Of a DNA stretch of 36,943 bases, positions 36,911-36,943 are shown in pieces. Numbering within the stretch: position 1 is the first letter of the stretch; each line of letters opens with the position of its first letter. Both the position numbers and the translations under genes were made by a program. A model generated the notes under the pieces. It saw only the letters and a list, made by a program, of their open reading frames with translations, did no database searches and was not told the DNA's origin. The DNA lies in NCBI GenBank assembly GCA_031416315.1, contig JANOTL010000050.1:1-36943 (forward strand), in the 5' to 3' direction. Source of the stretch: Pseudomonadota bacterium (lineage in GTDB: Bacteria > Bdellovibrionota_B > Oligoflexia > Oligoflexales > CAIYRB01).

Positions 36911-36943
36911 GAGGGTGGGCCCCAGCACCTTCAACCCGACGTG

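Overview
GC-rich bacterial chromosomal window with about 27 probable genes and no rRNA, tRNA, CRISPR array or transposase. Gene content suggests a Bdellovibrionota (Oligoflexia-like) or Myxococcota organism; this is inference from the many Cys-rich lipoproteins, a TPR protein, a DUF4360 protein and the HNH family present. Recognisable genes are an acyl-CoA dehydrogenase, an esterase, an MFS transporter, an orphan ABC substrate-binding protein, a lytic transglycosylase, a stand-alone fliG coupled to a FadL-like porin, tgt, arginase, a hybrid histidine kinase and an HNH nuclease. Best candidate for an undescribed system: a tandem pair of paralogous lipoproteins (1268-4525). Each combines a MACPF-signature domain (CGDS[FY]-x6-GG) with a C-terminal C2-like domain, a perforin-like architecture that may form a two-component pore-forming toxin. 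Other highlights: (i) a membrane-protein gene split by an A12 tract that needs a -1 shift (16597-16608); (ii) a three-gene operon of heme-c-motif lipoproteins (29518-35268); (iii) a shared post-lipobox motif C[KR]..[AS]x[LV][KR][DES] in five lipoproteins; (iv) a four-repeat Cys-rich lipoprotein; (v) a kinase with a degenerate ethylene-receptor-like sensor; (vi) a truncated PaaK/CapK-like ligase. All domain calls are by-eye motif recognition; no searches were run.
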